The translations under genes were made by a program, and so were the position numbers. Below the pieces are notes generated by a model. The model made no database searches. It was not told the origin of the DNA and was given only the letters and a program-made list of their open reading frames with translations. From Dicyema japonicum (taxonomy: Eukaryota > Animalia > Dicyemida), in assembly GCA_011109175.1 (NCBI GenBank), contig RDEW01000012.1:392762-456761 (forward strand): DNA of 64,000 nucleotides, written 5' to 3'. Positions 50,601 to 64,000 of this stretch are shown piece after piece; positions within the stretch are counted from its first letter, which is position 1, and each line of letters starts with the position of its first letter.

Positions 50601-50988
50601 TTACATTTCCTAAATGTAATCTATGAGGTATGAAGGAAACAAATTTTACATTTCCTAAATGTAATCTATGAGGTATGAAGGAAACAAATTTTACATTTCC
50701 TAAATGTAATCTATGAGGTATGAAGGAAACAAATTTTACATTTCCTAAATGTAATCTATGAGGTATGAAGGAAACAAATTTTACATTTCCTAAATGTAAT
50801 CTATGAGGTATGAAGGAAACAAATTTTACATTTCCTAAATGTAATCTATGAGGTATGAAGGAAACAAATTTTACATTTCCTAAATGTAATCTATGAGGTA
50901 TGAAGGAAACAAATTTTACATTTCCTAAATGTAATCTATGAGGTATGAAGGAAACAAATTTTACATTTCCTAAATGTAATCTATGAGG
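44601..50988. repeat. 45-bp tandem satellite, about 142 monomers
   Basis: AAGGAAACAAATTTTACATTTCCTAAATGTAATCTATGAGGTATG repeated with very few variants. Confidence 0.99.
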
Positions 50989-51180
50989 TTTTATATGAAG
51001 GAAACAAATTTTACTTTCCTATGTCATTATATATTTTTTATATAAAGGAAACAAGTTTTAATTTTCCTAAATTAATTCTTTGAGGTTCTATTTAAATGAA
51101 CAAATTTTCCTTTTCCTATTTGTAATCTTTGAGTTTTTTATATTAATAAACAAATTTTAATTTTCCTCTATTTGATCAAA
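50989..51180. repeat. Degenerate ~50-bp satellite-related units at the right edge of the array
   Basis: Four units retain A(G)GAAACAAATTTTA.TTTCCTA with added TTTTATAT linkers. Confidence 0.85.
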
Positions 51181-51954
51181 AATCATAGAGTCTTCCAATA
51201 TCCTAGGTGTTGTTTTCTCACAATCTAGATCGGGCTGTATCTATATCCATTCACGCAAACTAGATCACATCCCAGTATATTACTGGCTACTGAGCTCATT
51301 AGTAGCAGATTTTACGTCATTCGTTTAAGTTAACTTGCTATATGAACGAATTTTATTCCTCCAGCATTGTTGGGTCTTTTTTCTATACATTATTTTTAGT
51401 TTGTCCATAAACTGGCTAATTAAGAAAAAATTAACTAAAACGGAAATGCTCGACGAAGAAGTGATTGATGCTGAAAATGGAGAGACGGATGGAGAAATTT
51501 CGCCAAACAACTATTAAATGCAATTAACATTGTAAAAGAAAGTTAAATTTTATTAAAATTTTCTGCCTGCCAAGAATTCAGATCCCTACTTCCAGGTTTC
51601 TGCATATCCTACTTGGACAAGGCACACTTCCTTTGATTGCTTCTTTGGAATCGACGAGCTTGAAAACTGACTTACCAGTAAGAATAATGAAGTTGAGGCC
51701 TTTCCAAAGAGATTATCATCTTTGGATCCACTTGTGTTTTTCTTCTTGTTCAAGAAATGTATTTTCATGTCGAAGATGATTTACATTTTGAGATGTTCAC
51801 CATGTTTTGAACTCCGGAGATCACTATTGTCGGCTGATGGGTCTCTGAGACGATGGCGGAGTTAATACTGAATGTCAAATTCAATGATCTGGGCTGGACA
51901 ATGTGCAAACTGCCTGCGAGTAATGGGGCATTGAGTTAAGATCCCCCTTGAAGC

Positions 51955-52720
51955 CGCCCTGCCTACTATTGCATGTATGAGCACTCTGGAGGCCGCGAAG
52001 AAAAGCGCCAACACCGACTAGCAAGCATTAAGTTGGCCGCACATCGCGGAAATGGAGTCTGGCTCGAGGCCCTACCTTGGCCACATCTGGGGACCTTCAT
52101 TGACGAAAACAGCCTGTGGATCGGGGTGGCACTGCGTTTAGGACTGGACATATGCCAGAGACACAAATGCCGTTGCGGCAGGGACGTTGATACGAAAGGC
52201 CTACAACCACTCTCTTGCCGACGGAGTGCTGGTCAGCCCCGCGCCACGTAGCCCTCAATGACATCATTTTTCGAGCCCTCAAGGCCGCGGGATTTCCGGC
52301 CCAATTGGAACCTTTGGACTTAGACAGAGGCGACGGGAAGAGGCCGAATGGCATGACGTTATTCCCATATTCCCACGGAAAATCACTCGTCTGGGACGTG
52401 TGTGGACACCTTCTCAGGTGCCAGATTGCTGACGGCGACGCACTCTCCTGGAGACGCAGCCGACCAGGCGGAGGCCAAGAAGATCCGTAAGTACGAATCC
52501 CTCGGAGACCATTACCATTTCACCCCCATTACTGTGGAGACAACTGGAACCGTGGGAGCGAAGACGGACGCCTTTCTACACATCTTTGGAAGCAAACTCG
52601 CTTCAAAAAGGTGCGAGCCACGAGAGGGACTCTGGTTGAGGCAGAGGCTCGAAATGGCGATTATCAGAGGTAGCGCCTTCGTCATTCTGTCTTCCTAATT
52701 ATCAATAATTTTTTTAAATA
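51955..52720 (+). mobile_element. CRE-clade 3' part (copy 5)
   Basis: GVWLEALP...LRLG..CRCG; RHVALNDII; KRPNGMT; TPITVETTG; RLEMAIIRG. Confidence 0.9.
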
Positions 52721-52999
52721 AATTATATGCTAATAAAAAATGAATGAATTCATTAATAAATTTAAATACAATAAATAAGTTAGATGGGTAAATTCAAAGG
52801 AATAACACACTGACGACGATTTATGACTTTATTAAACAAAATTTTTGATATTATTTTTTTTTTACTTTTTTATTTCGTTATATGAAATCATAACCGTAAA
52901 AAATCCATTTTTGTTCGGATTAACGAGAATTTACTGTATTTGATTTAGTTTTTGAAGCAAAAATAATTAAAGAACAAAACAATCAAAATAATACAGCTG

Positions 53000-53215
53000 A
53001 ACTAGTCGAGTAACTGTTTCCCTTGACAAATGCCAGAGAAATCTTTTAAAACAGCCACTAGGTTTCCCGACGTTCTCACTTTCGATATCATAGACCAAAG
53101 CGATTTTTGAAAAGATACCGTTTTCTGCTCGAAAAGCCCGCTTGTCTCGACTAACAAGGGGTTTATATAGAATCTGGTGAAGAGGCTGTTGTATTTTCGA
53201 TCCACTAATGACATT
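53000..53215 (-). mobile_element. CRE RLE C-terminal remnant (copy 6)
   Basis: PLLVETSGLF...TSGN resembles PLAVETSG...TGD. Confidence 0.55.
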
Positions 53216-53803
53216 AAATTTGATTACTAGAAAGCTTTTCCTCTTACAATAGCTATCGAGATAAGCTCTCGAAGTTATCCAGTCTCATGTAAACATTTAT
53301 TTTACAACCCTCAATTCAGTTTACTGATATATTTGAATCTGTCACTAACTCTATTGATATATGAATTGATAATAATCGGATAAAATTTCTATAATGATAC
53401 CAGTATGCTCTGTAATAATTAAAACAATTCAAATAGTCAATCGATTTTTAACAAATATGGATTTTCAGTAAAATCAAATTAACAAAAGCAATCAATATTA
53501 ATTTTCAAATTAGATTTAATACCTTGGCCTTCTAATTGACGAAGGAGGTAATTTTATGGAACATGCTAAAATAAAAAAGCTACGAACGCTCTGTTCTGCG
53601 TTATAAAATTGAAGCTCGAGGCGGAGATCTTTGTTTATGTCTTCAACATCGAAATACTTCCTGCAATGTTATACGGTTTAGAAGGATAGTACGACTCAAA
53701 AAAGAAAGACTCTATTCTCAAGAAATTTGAGAAAACGTGTAATTTTGCTATCAAGCTTTTTTACGGGATAAATGGTTAAAAGGAAAAATGTGCAAGGTTG
53801 GCG

Positions 53804-56063
53804 GAACTATCGAAAATCTTATTCGAGGTTTCAAAAACCGCACTAAAGTTTCTGATTCTGTGTTTACGGATTTTTTTTGGAAACTGACGTGGTAGAAGTC
53901 GATTGGCATGCCCTACCGTTTCATATTACTTCTCCCGTCACTTAATTTACAGTATTTTTTCTTTATAATAACTTACTTCCAAATTAGATATTTGAATCAT
54001 TTAAAATAAAAATAATTATAATTAGTAAATAAAAATTAAATAAAAAATTTCAAATTTTGAATTACTGTCTTGGAAATATAACTACATATTTAGCCGGGGA
54101 AATGTTTGAAGAATCTTTATCAGAAGAAAGTTCAGGAGAGGATCAGTGAGACTTATGTAAAGATCATAAATTACTTGAGTGACTTTACTGATCCAAACGA
54201 TTTTGAATCCAGAGTCATCGACCACAGAAAAGCATTCATTCTTTCAAGCCAAACTGAAAAAAGCTCAAATTTTGATGGAAATATAAAAATTTCTGACGAA
54301 AATGACAAATTTGCAGTCATTTCATTAACAAGTAATAACAAAATATTTACCAAAGAACCTCAGGAGTTGTACATTTATTTCTCAGACCAAAATATTCTAC
54401 AAGAATTATGCTTAGATTCCAAGAAAGGGACTGTCTCCAGCATTACTTCATCAACTTGTTCTACCATGCCAATAATTGCCATTTCTCATGAAATTCGACA
54501 AATCGATTACTTTTTGTTAAATTTGTCAACAAAACAGTAATTTTTAACTTTAGCGAACTATCGAAAATCTTATTCGAGGTTTCAAAAACCGCACTAAAGT
54601 TTCTGATTCTGTGTTTACGGATTTTTTTTGGAAACTGACGTGGTAGAAGTCGATTGGCATGCCCTACCGTTTCATATTACTTCTCCCGTCACTTAATTTA
54701 CAGTATTTTTTCTTTATAATAACTTACTTCCAAATTAGATATTTGAATCATTTAAAATAAAAATAATTATAATTAAGTAAAAAATTAAATAAAAAATTTC
54801 AAATTTTGAATTACTGTCTTGGAAATATAACTACATATTTAGCCGGGGAAATGTTTGAAGAATCTTATCAGAAGAAAGTTCAGGAGAGGATTCAGTGAGA
54901 CTTATGTAAAGATCATAAATTACTTGAGTGACTTTACTGATTTTAAACGATTTCGAATCCAGAGTCATCGACCACAGAAAAGCATTCATTCTTTCAAGCC
55001 AAACTGAAAAAAGCTCAAATTTTTGATGGAAATATAAAAATTTCTGACGAAAATGACAAATTTGCAGTCATTTCATTAACAAGTAATAACAAAATATTTA
55101 CCAAAGAACCTCAGGAGTTGTACATTTATTTCTCAGACCAAAAATATTCTACAAGAATTATGCTTAGATTCCAAGAAAGGGACTGTCTCCAGCATTACTT
55201 CATCAACTTGTTCTACCATGCCAATAATTGCCATTTCTCATGAAATTCGACAAATCGATTACTTTTTGTTAAATTTGTCAACAAAACAGTAATTTTAACT
55301 TTAGCGAACTATCGAAAATCTTATTCGAGGTTTCAAAAAACCGCACTAAAGTTTCTGATTCTGTGTTTTAACGGATTTTTTTGGAAACTACGTGGTAGAA
55401 GTCGATGGCATGCCCTACCGTTTCATATTACTTCTCCCGTCACTTAATTTTACAGTATTTTTTTCTTTATAATAACTTACTTCCAAATTAGATATTTGAA
55501 TCATTTAAAAATAAAAATAATTATAATTAGTAAATAAAAATTAAATAAAAAATTTCAAATTTTGATTACTTGTCTTGGAAATATAACTACATATATTTAG
55601 CCGGGGAAAATGTTTGAAGAATCTTTATCAGAAGAAAGTTCAGGAGAGGATTCAGTGAGACTTATGTAAAGATCATAAATTACTTGAGTGACTTTACTGA
55701 TCCAAACGATTTCGAATCCAGAGTCATCGACCACAAAAAGCATTCATTCTTTCAAGCCAAACTGAAAAAAAGCTCAAATTTTGATGGAAATATAAAAATT
55801 TCTGACGAAATGACAAATTTGCAGTCATTTTCATTAACAAGTAAATAACAAAATATTTACCAAAGAACCTCAGGAGTTGTACATTTATTTCTCAGACCAA
55901 ATATTCTACAAGAATTATGCTTAGATTCCAAGAAAGGGACTGTCTCCAGCATTACTTCATCAACTTGTTCTAAACATGCCAATAATTGCCATTTCTCATG
56001 AAATTCGACAAATCGATTACTTTTTGTTAAATTTGTCAACAAAACAGTAATTTTAACTTTAGC
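53804..56063 (+). repeat. Three tandem copies of a ~751-bp unit carrying the EDC4 upstream region and first exon(s)
   Basis: GAACTATCGAAAATCTTATTCGAGG begins at 53804, 54555 and 55306; copies differ mainly by homopolymer indels. Confidence 0.97.
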
Positions 56064-58363
56064 ATAGAATCCACAACTTGGCCACTTACAAGTCCCCTAA
56101 GACCAAAGGAACTCCAATGAAGACTGCATTTGCCGTGATCGCAGTATGTAGCCATCACCGATGAGAATGAGGTAGTTTTACTTTCTGAGTTCATTAGTTG
56201 CTCTGTTTTAGTTTGGATCTCCCTAATAAAAGAATTCCGGGTCCTCACACGTGAAGAGTCGTGTTTTTCGTTAACCACGACGGCTTTGGTGAACAATTTA
56301 AATTATAATTAGAACTTTTCTGCGTCATATTTTCGTCTGATACTTTGATTTGATCATTTCGGACTCCACGGGAAACCGTTTACGTCACTGAACGTAAAAG
56401 GGAGTACACGTGGATCCCCACGAGGGTTCTCCTCGTAAATGACTTTATATTTGAAGTGACAGGTGAGTTTGAAGTGCTATGTAGACAACTGATCACCGTT
56501 TGTGAGGCCAACTCTGAGTTTAAAGTGTGGGACGTGGATTCGTGGTGTTGTTTGAATTCTTTCCGGTAAAATTAATTTTATAAAACAAAGATTTCAGTAT
56601 CTCCCTAACAAGACAGTCGAATTTTGAGGATTTTGCACGAATCTCAGCGTTTTTTGTATGTTCAGAAAGACATCATCCTTGTTAAAGACTCTTATAAAGT
56701 TTATTTTGTTGTGATGGTAGCATTTATTTATTTTATACGGGGCACGTTTGATAATGATGGGCTGACCCACGTAATATTTATCAGAATGAAGTCCAAAACC
56801 TGCTTTGTAAAAGCCACAAAATCAACCGAGGACCATAGAACAGTCAAATACGCTTCTTTCAACTCCAAATTGTAGTCAATGTTCTGATTTCGCAGCATAA
56901 ATGACGATGACTTTGTCTTTAACCCTTCCTTTTCCCAAGCACGTGCAGTTCACTACTCTTCAACCAAAAATAGTACCCTGTTGACTTATTTCAGAACCGA
57001 GTCTCAAAATACTGAAAAAGGATTCTATTCCACAGTTGATTGAAGAGACCTCTAATTTGGAGACACGTGTTGTGGAGACTGAACTCATGAATCGGAAAAC
57101 AGAGAATGAAAGCAACGTGTTCCCACAAGATTGACAACTCGAAGATTATCTTATTTGTAGAAAGGGACGAGAAAGACTTGGGAACCTTAAAAATGGCCCA
57201 AAATTCGGAAGCTCAAAAAGAACAAATCTCTGTATTGGTTGAACAAAATCTTCAATGTCCAGTAGTCAACGGAAGAGCTCCAAAATGAGCCAATTTCCGA
57301 AACAAACGAGAAAATTTCGGCTTTAACTGAACAAGTCGAATTACTAAAGGAAGAGGTCTCCAAAGTCAAGGAAATGATGGAGGAATCGTTCAAAGGAATT
57401 CAAAAAGAATCAGCCTGTAAGGAGATTGTGGAAGAACTTAAAACTTTGTTAGAAAGAAGCAGGGAAACGGATCAAATGGAAGATACAAAAACCCTTCAGG
57501 AGTTAAAAACGAGTTGATTCATGTTGATATTTAGATTTGAATGATTTTATTGAGGGAGGATTCATTGCCTTACGAGAGGACGTTTGGAATGTGCTGAAGA
57601 CAGATATGCAAGCTGTAAAAGATGAGTTGCCGAGTAGCATAGACTATCAAGTCCTCGTTGGGGTGATTTTTAGAAAATTTCTGATGTCATTTTTGACAGA
57701 ATTACAAACTGGATTGAAGTGAAGTTGTTCTCCGTCATTCAAACAGCCATTTCTGATGTGATCCCCACATTTGCTGATTCAGGTGGATTACGAGTGACTT
57801 TAGTGGTCTCAAAAATAGCGGGAAAACTTGAAAGTCAAATTTCCGAGTTAACAGCGAATCAGAAACAGCACTTTGCGAGATTAGAATGTGCTGTTAGGAA
57901 CTGTCTGCCTGACTGCAATAAGGAAATCGACATTTTAGTGGAAAATAATGAATTTTCTAAAGCTTTTGAAATTGTTATGAGATTTGGTTATTTTAGGCTC
58001 TCAGCAGTGGGGATTCTGGTCGAGTGAGAGATCTGTGTGGGAAGATAGAAGACTTTGTTGCGTTGTTTGACAGTGGGGGCTTTTCTCAAGCAATTTATTT
58101 GTCGATTATTTCATGTCTGTCGGTTTGGGCACCCGATTGGAGTGAGAATGAGATCAAGTTTGAGTTTAAGTAATTTTAGTTGTCTTTTCGAGTGTACGTC
58201 GAGGTTGGATTTGAACGAAACAAATACAATTGGACATGCTCGATCTGTGATTGTTCCCTTGTTGGAAAAGATGGAAAATCAAAGACCGTTTCAGAATAAT
58301 ATGGTCCGTCAGTTCTATCAGTTTATTAATAACTTCATTTGTGTCATCAATTTGAAGACTTAA
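55610..58363 (+). CDS. EDC4: Enhancer of mRNA decapping 4 (Ge-1/Hedls)-like, spliced
   Basis: WD40 QLITVCEANSEFKVWDVDSWCCLNSF resembles LITGADQNRELKMWCTVSWTCLQTI; central coiled coil at 57100-57950; C-terminal AFEI/ALSSGD...LF...SQAIYLSII...LD...H pattern. Short introns present; exon model only partial. Confidence 0.78.
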
Positions 58364-58426
58364 TTCTGTTAATCCACTGTTTTTAGCTAATCATGAGACC
58401 CACTTAGAGATAGATGTCTTTTAAGG

Positions 58427-58631
58427 CACTGGTCCTTAACCGGTGGGCCAGGGACCAGTGGTCCGTACACCAATTGATAGCAAGAAGTTTGCATATATGT
58501 ACTCAGTTTGTACACTTTGTCATAAGATTAGTCATACGTTTGTAGTCACTATTGTTTCCGTGTGTCTTGTGACTGCTCAAGATTGGATCGCTGGAAAATT
58601 TTCTAACGCATACAAGTCCGTGGGACCACTG
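58427..58631. mobile_element. hAT-type MITE
   Basis: Ends CACTGGTCC... and ...GGGACCACTG; flanking 8-mers TTTTAAGG and CTTTAATG agree at 6 of 8 positions. Confidence 0.5.
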
Positions 58632-60599
58632 CTTTAATGGGACTTAGTCGGGATTTGTAATTCCACCTCTAAGCTCTATTCCACAATGTTTACTAAGTAA
58701 TGAGGATTTCTATTACAAACTACTGAGACTAATAATCAAGTAATGCCGCCTCGTTGCAGGTCCGACAGAGCGATTTCATCCACTCTTTTGTGAGCTTTCT
58801 TTTGAGGAATTCCCAGGTCTTTTGGAGTCAACAATTTTCATCGAGGACAGCTTATAACGGTCTGTCTTGATACTTTGTATTAATGTTTAGTGTGAAGTAG
58901 GTTTCCATCGTGTAATTGTCGTATTACTAGCTCTATATGCTCAGACTTGTTATAGCTTCAATTACTTTGTTATTTGACCACATTTGACGAAATCTGTTTA
59001 TTCCATTATTTTTTCGGTTTTTAAATCTTTGGACAAAATTTCGCAAGGCCACATTTTTTTGATCATCATTTCTTTTTATAAAGTATTTTCGGTTTCCCCA
59101 ACGTTGATATTCAAGAATCATTTCGGAAATACACGCAGGAAAACTTTTGGTAAGCTCTTGATTACATTGTGTCTGTGTGGAATCGGTTTACAATTTTTTT
59201 GAAATTCATTAGGGAGCTACCTGATATAGTGGAAACAGAATAAGAAGCAGTTAATTTCTTTGGGGGACGCATAGGTCATTAGGAAATATGTGAGTTTTGT
59301 ATTACCTATTTTTTACAGTGAGACAAATGTTGTCCAACAAAATGCTTATTAACAGTGTCTCGTCGGGTTCAAAGATCCCTTCTATGATCCAAGACAGGGA
59401 TTAGCTTACCTTGTCACTTATTTTCATCATACACCAGAATCTAACGAGCAAATCTATCAAGTTGTGCTCCTTTTGGGGAGATTTCAAAGATACGCTTCAT
59501 ATAGAAGCGAACAACAATTATTCTGTTATATGTGGAGGAAAGGTCCCCACTGTAGAGTCTAGTAAGCTTCTTTGGCCTTATCTGCTTACCGTGTAGTGTA
59601 TCTTGTATAATTTGGTTAAGGTCGGATATCGAACCCTTCCATTACCAGTCAACATGGTAATTAATGTCTTTATGTCTTGTTGCATAGATACAGGAGGTTA
59701 ATGGTACTTTGATCCCTCAGGAAGACTTGAGGCGGTACCATGATATCAGATGAGAGGACCTGCTTCTATAGCTTATACGTGTTCTTGTAATTCATGGAAA
59801 ATGTTTATATAACTGATATTCTCGTCATTGGCGGATCTCATTATATATATCCGATCATTAATCCTCCTTAATATATTTGGATTAATTATAACAGCAAAAC
59901 CGAGTTAATTATGCTGGAAATGGATTTTTTATTAGAAATTGAAGACCAAAGTGCAATAATTTACCAACTCAACCAACATTCTTTACAATATGGTAAATCA
60001 GGTCAACCTGATAGTTAACAAATATTTTTTACACCAATGTGGAATCAAAATGGATGATATCTGGGACATAAAGGAAATGATAAGCTTGTGTCCTAATTTG
60101 GGTTTCCGTCCGAATTCCTCAGTCATATTAGTTCAAATGACTGTCTTGTCCAATTTTATTATTTTAAATTTTTTATAATCATTAGACCTGCGACATGTCA
60201 CTTGCAGATTTCCTCAGATTATTTCAAAAAGGCTTTAAATATAACACTTGTAGTTTCACAGTCAATATTGTTCCACATTGTTCCCTCTCCTTGGCAGCGT
60301 TGTGTAATACAACTCATTGCTGTAAAATTATCAATGGCTTTGCAAAAATAGTCTTTGTATTTTGTTCATAGAAGCGAGTCCAATGAAGTAGAACTTTAAG
60401 CACTTTCCGGTTAGGCGATAATATAAATATGGAAATCATTATAACTACGTGAGTCAATTAGTCTCAACCATTGTTAGTATACTACTTTATATTAATCTTA
60501 AATATAAATTAATTTATTCAAAAAAAATAAAAATGCTTAAAAACTAGTTCAACAAAAACGAATACCAATCACCACTAAGCCTCTATAAATTTCAAAATG

Positions 60600-60800
60600 G
60601 GCACAGAAGGAACCTGTCCTAAGGCAGGAATTTATGGAATTTAAAAAGAAATATCAATAACTTTGGTCAATATTTTATTTGAGAATCCCAAGATCACCAA
60701 AAAAAGATGTTAAATACACTAAATAAGTGATCCTAGCCTCTATTAATTCCCGGACCCTCTTTGCGTGGTCTTCCAATGTCCAAACTGGTCAATATTGTGA
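60600..60800 (-). mobile_element. LINE 3' end remnant with terminal hairpin, about 140 bp upstream of the kinase
   Basis: Minus strand AGGATCAC...GTGATCTTGGG followed by an A/T tail. Confidence 0.7.
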
Positions 60801-60940
60801 ACAATTATTGTAGAAAATGGAAATTACATTAATAAACTCATAATTAAATTAAATATAATTATTCAAATATTTAAATAAAAATATTAAAATTTAAATTGTC
60901 GCATCAAAATTAATTAAATATTTTTTAAAATTTGTCGTGA

Positions 60941-63604
<2,664 letters not shown>

Positions 63605-63641
63605 TTAATAATTAATTTTTTACTTTTCCTATTATTTACTG

Positions 63642-63878
63642 TCATTCTGCTTTATATCTATTCATCCTCAGAAAATTTATTTTTGCCATCAAATTGAGGT
63701 TTGGGGACATGGGGATGGTCCCCATAGAGTTCCCCCTGTTGGAGTAAGACGTATTTTTCCATGTATCCGCTATTTTTGAAACCCCTTCATTGAAGAGAGG
63801 GATACTAACCCCATTAAAGGCCCTTTGAGTTGGTCCGGAATCATTCTGATGATGATGTTTCGAGAATACACCAATCAC
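63642..63878 (-). other. Possible last exon of a convergent host gene extending beyond the window
   Basis: 78-aa open frame ending immediately tail-to-tail with the kinase; no recognised motif. Confidence 0.25.
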
Positions 63879-64000
63879 GTGTCATCTCAAACATAGTGTC
63901 ACATTTTGTTTTGGAATTTAAAAGCAAAATATAGTAAATGGAATATTATTTTGGATGACTTTCATGTCTAAGAGACTGAGTTGTGTATGTTTAGTTTGTG

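Noticed and set aside
44601-50988. CRISPR array (palindromic repeat)
   Set aside because: No unique spacers, monomers are contiguous, no cas genes, and the context is eukaryotic.
44601-50988. Long repetitive protein: one minus-strand frame is stop-free (IPHRLHLGNVKFVSF)n
   Set aside because: No start codon in frame, no synonymous variation, indels break the frame, and one open frame in six is expected by chance for a 45-mer.
53804-53930. Divergent minus-strand gene start within the triplicated unit (MPIDFYHVSFQKKSV...)
   Set aside because: Short, no recognisable family, and it runs into LINE debris.
54360-54545. 16-17 nt introns in the EDC4 5' unit (GTACATTTATTTCTCAG, GTAATTTTTAACTTTAG)
   Set aside because: Intron-like, but the copies carry indel errors and the frame cannot be fixed by homology, so lengths are unreliable.
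59900-60450. Harbinger/PIF transposase remnant (VVLHN)
   Set aside because: Heavily interrupted; no catalytic motifs or TIRs found.

Overview
AT-rich eukaryotic nuclear DNA, almost certainly from an animal with a compacted gene architecture. The host genes are animal-type (ferrochelatase with C-terminal [2Fe-2S] motif, MAP4K4/misshapen kinase with CNH domain, EDC4, MYG1, MRPL34, TMEM70-like), and the spliced ones are interrupted by 20-24 nt GT-AG introns. That fits a reduced parasite such as a myxozoan or dicyemid; the lineage is an inference. About three quarters of the window is repetitive: nested non-LTR retrotransposons (APE-type I/Jockey-like, RTE, CRE, one nearly intact R4/Dong), DNA transposons (Tc1/IS630, pogo, intron-containing Ginger-like, MITEs), a 6.4 kb homogeneous 45-bp satellite with an internal hairpin, and a 3x tandem ~751-bp duplication of the EDC4 5' end. 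The strongest leads are a co-varying RNA hairpin shared by about ten LINE 3' ends, the ultra-short intron system (also present inside a transposase), the satellite and its degenerate precursors, and a GC-richer R4/Dong element that may be horizontally acquired. Isolated 1-bp indels in otherwise conserved genes suggest residual long-read errors. All alignments were done by eye and from memory; no searches were run, and boundaries of degraded elements are approximate.
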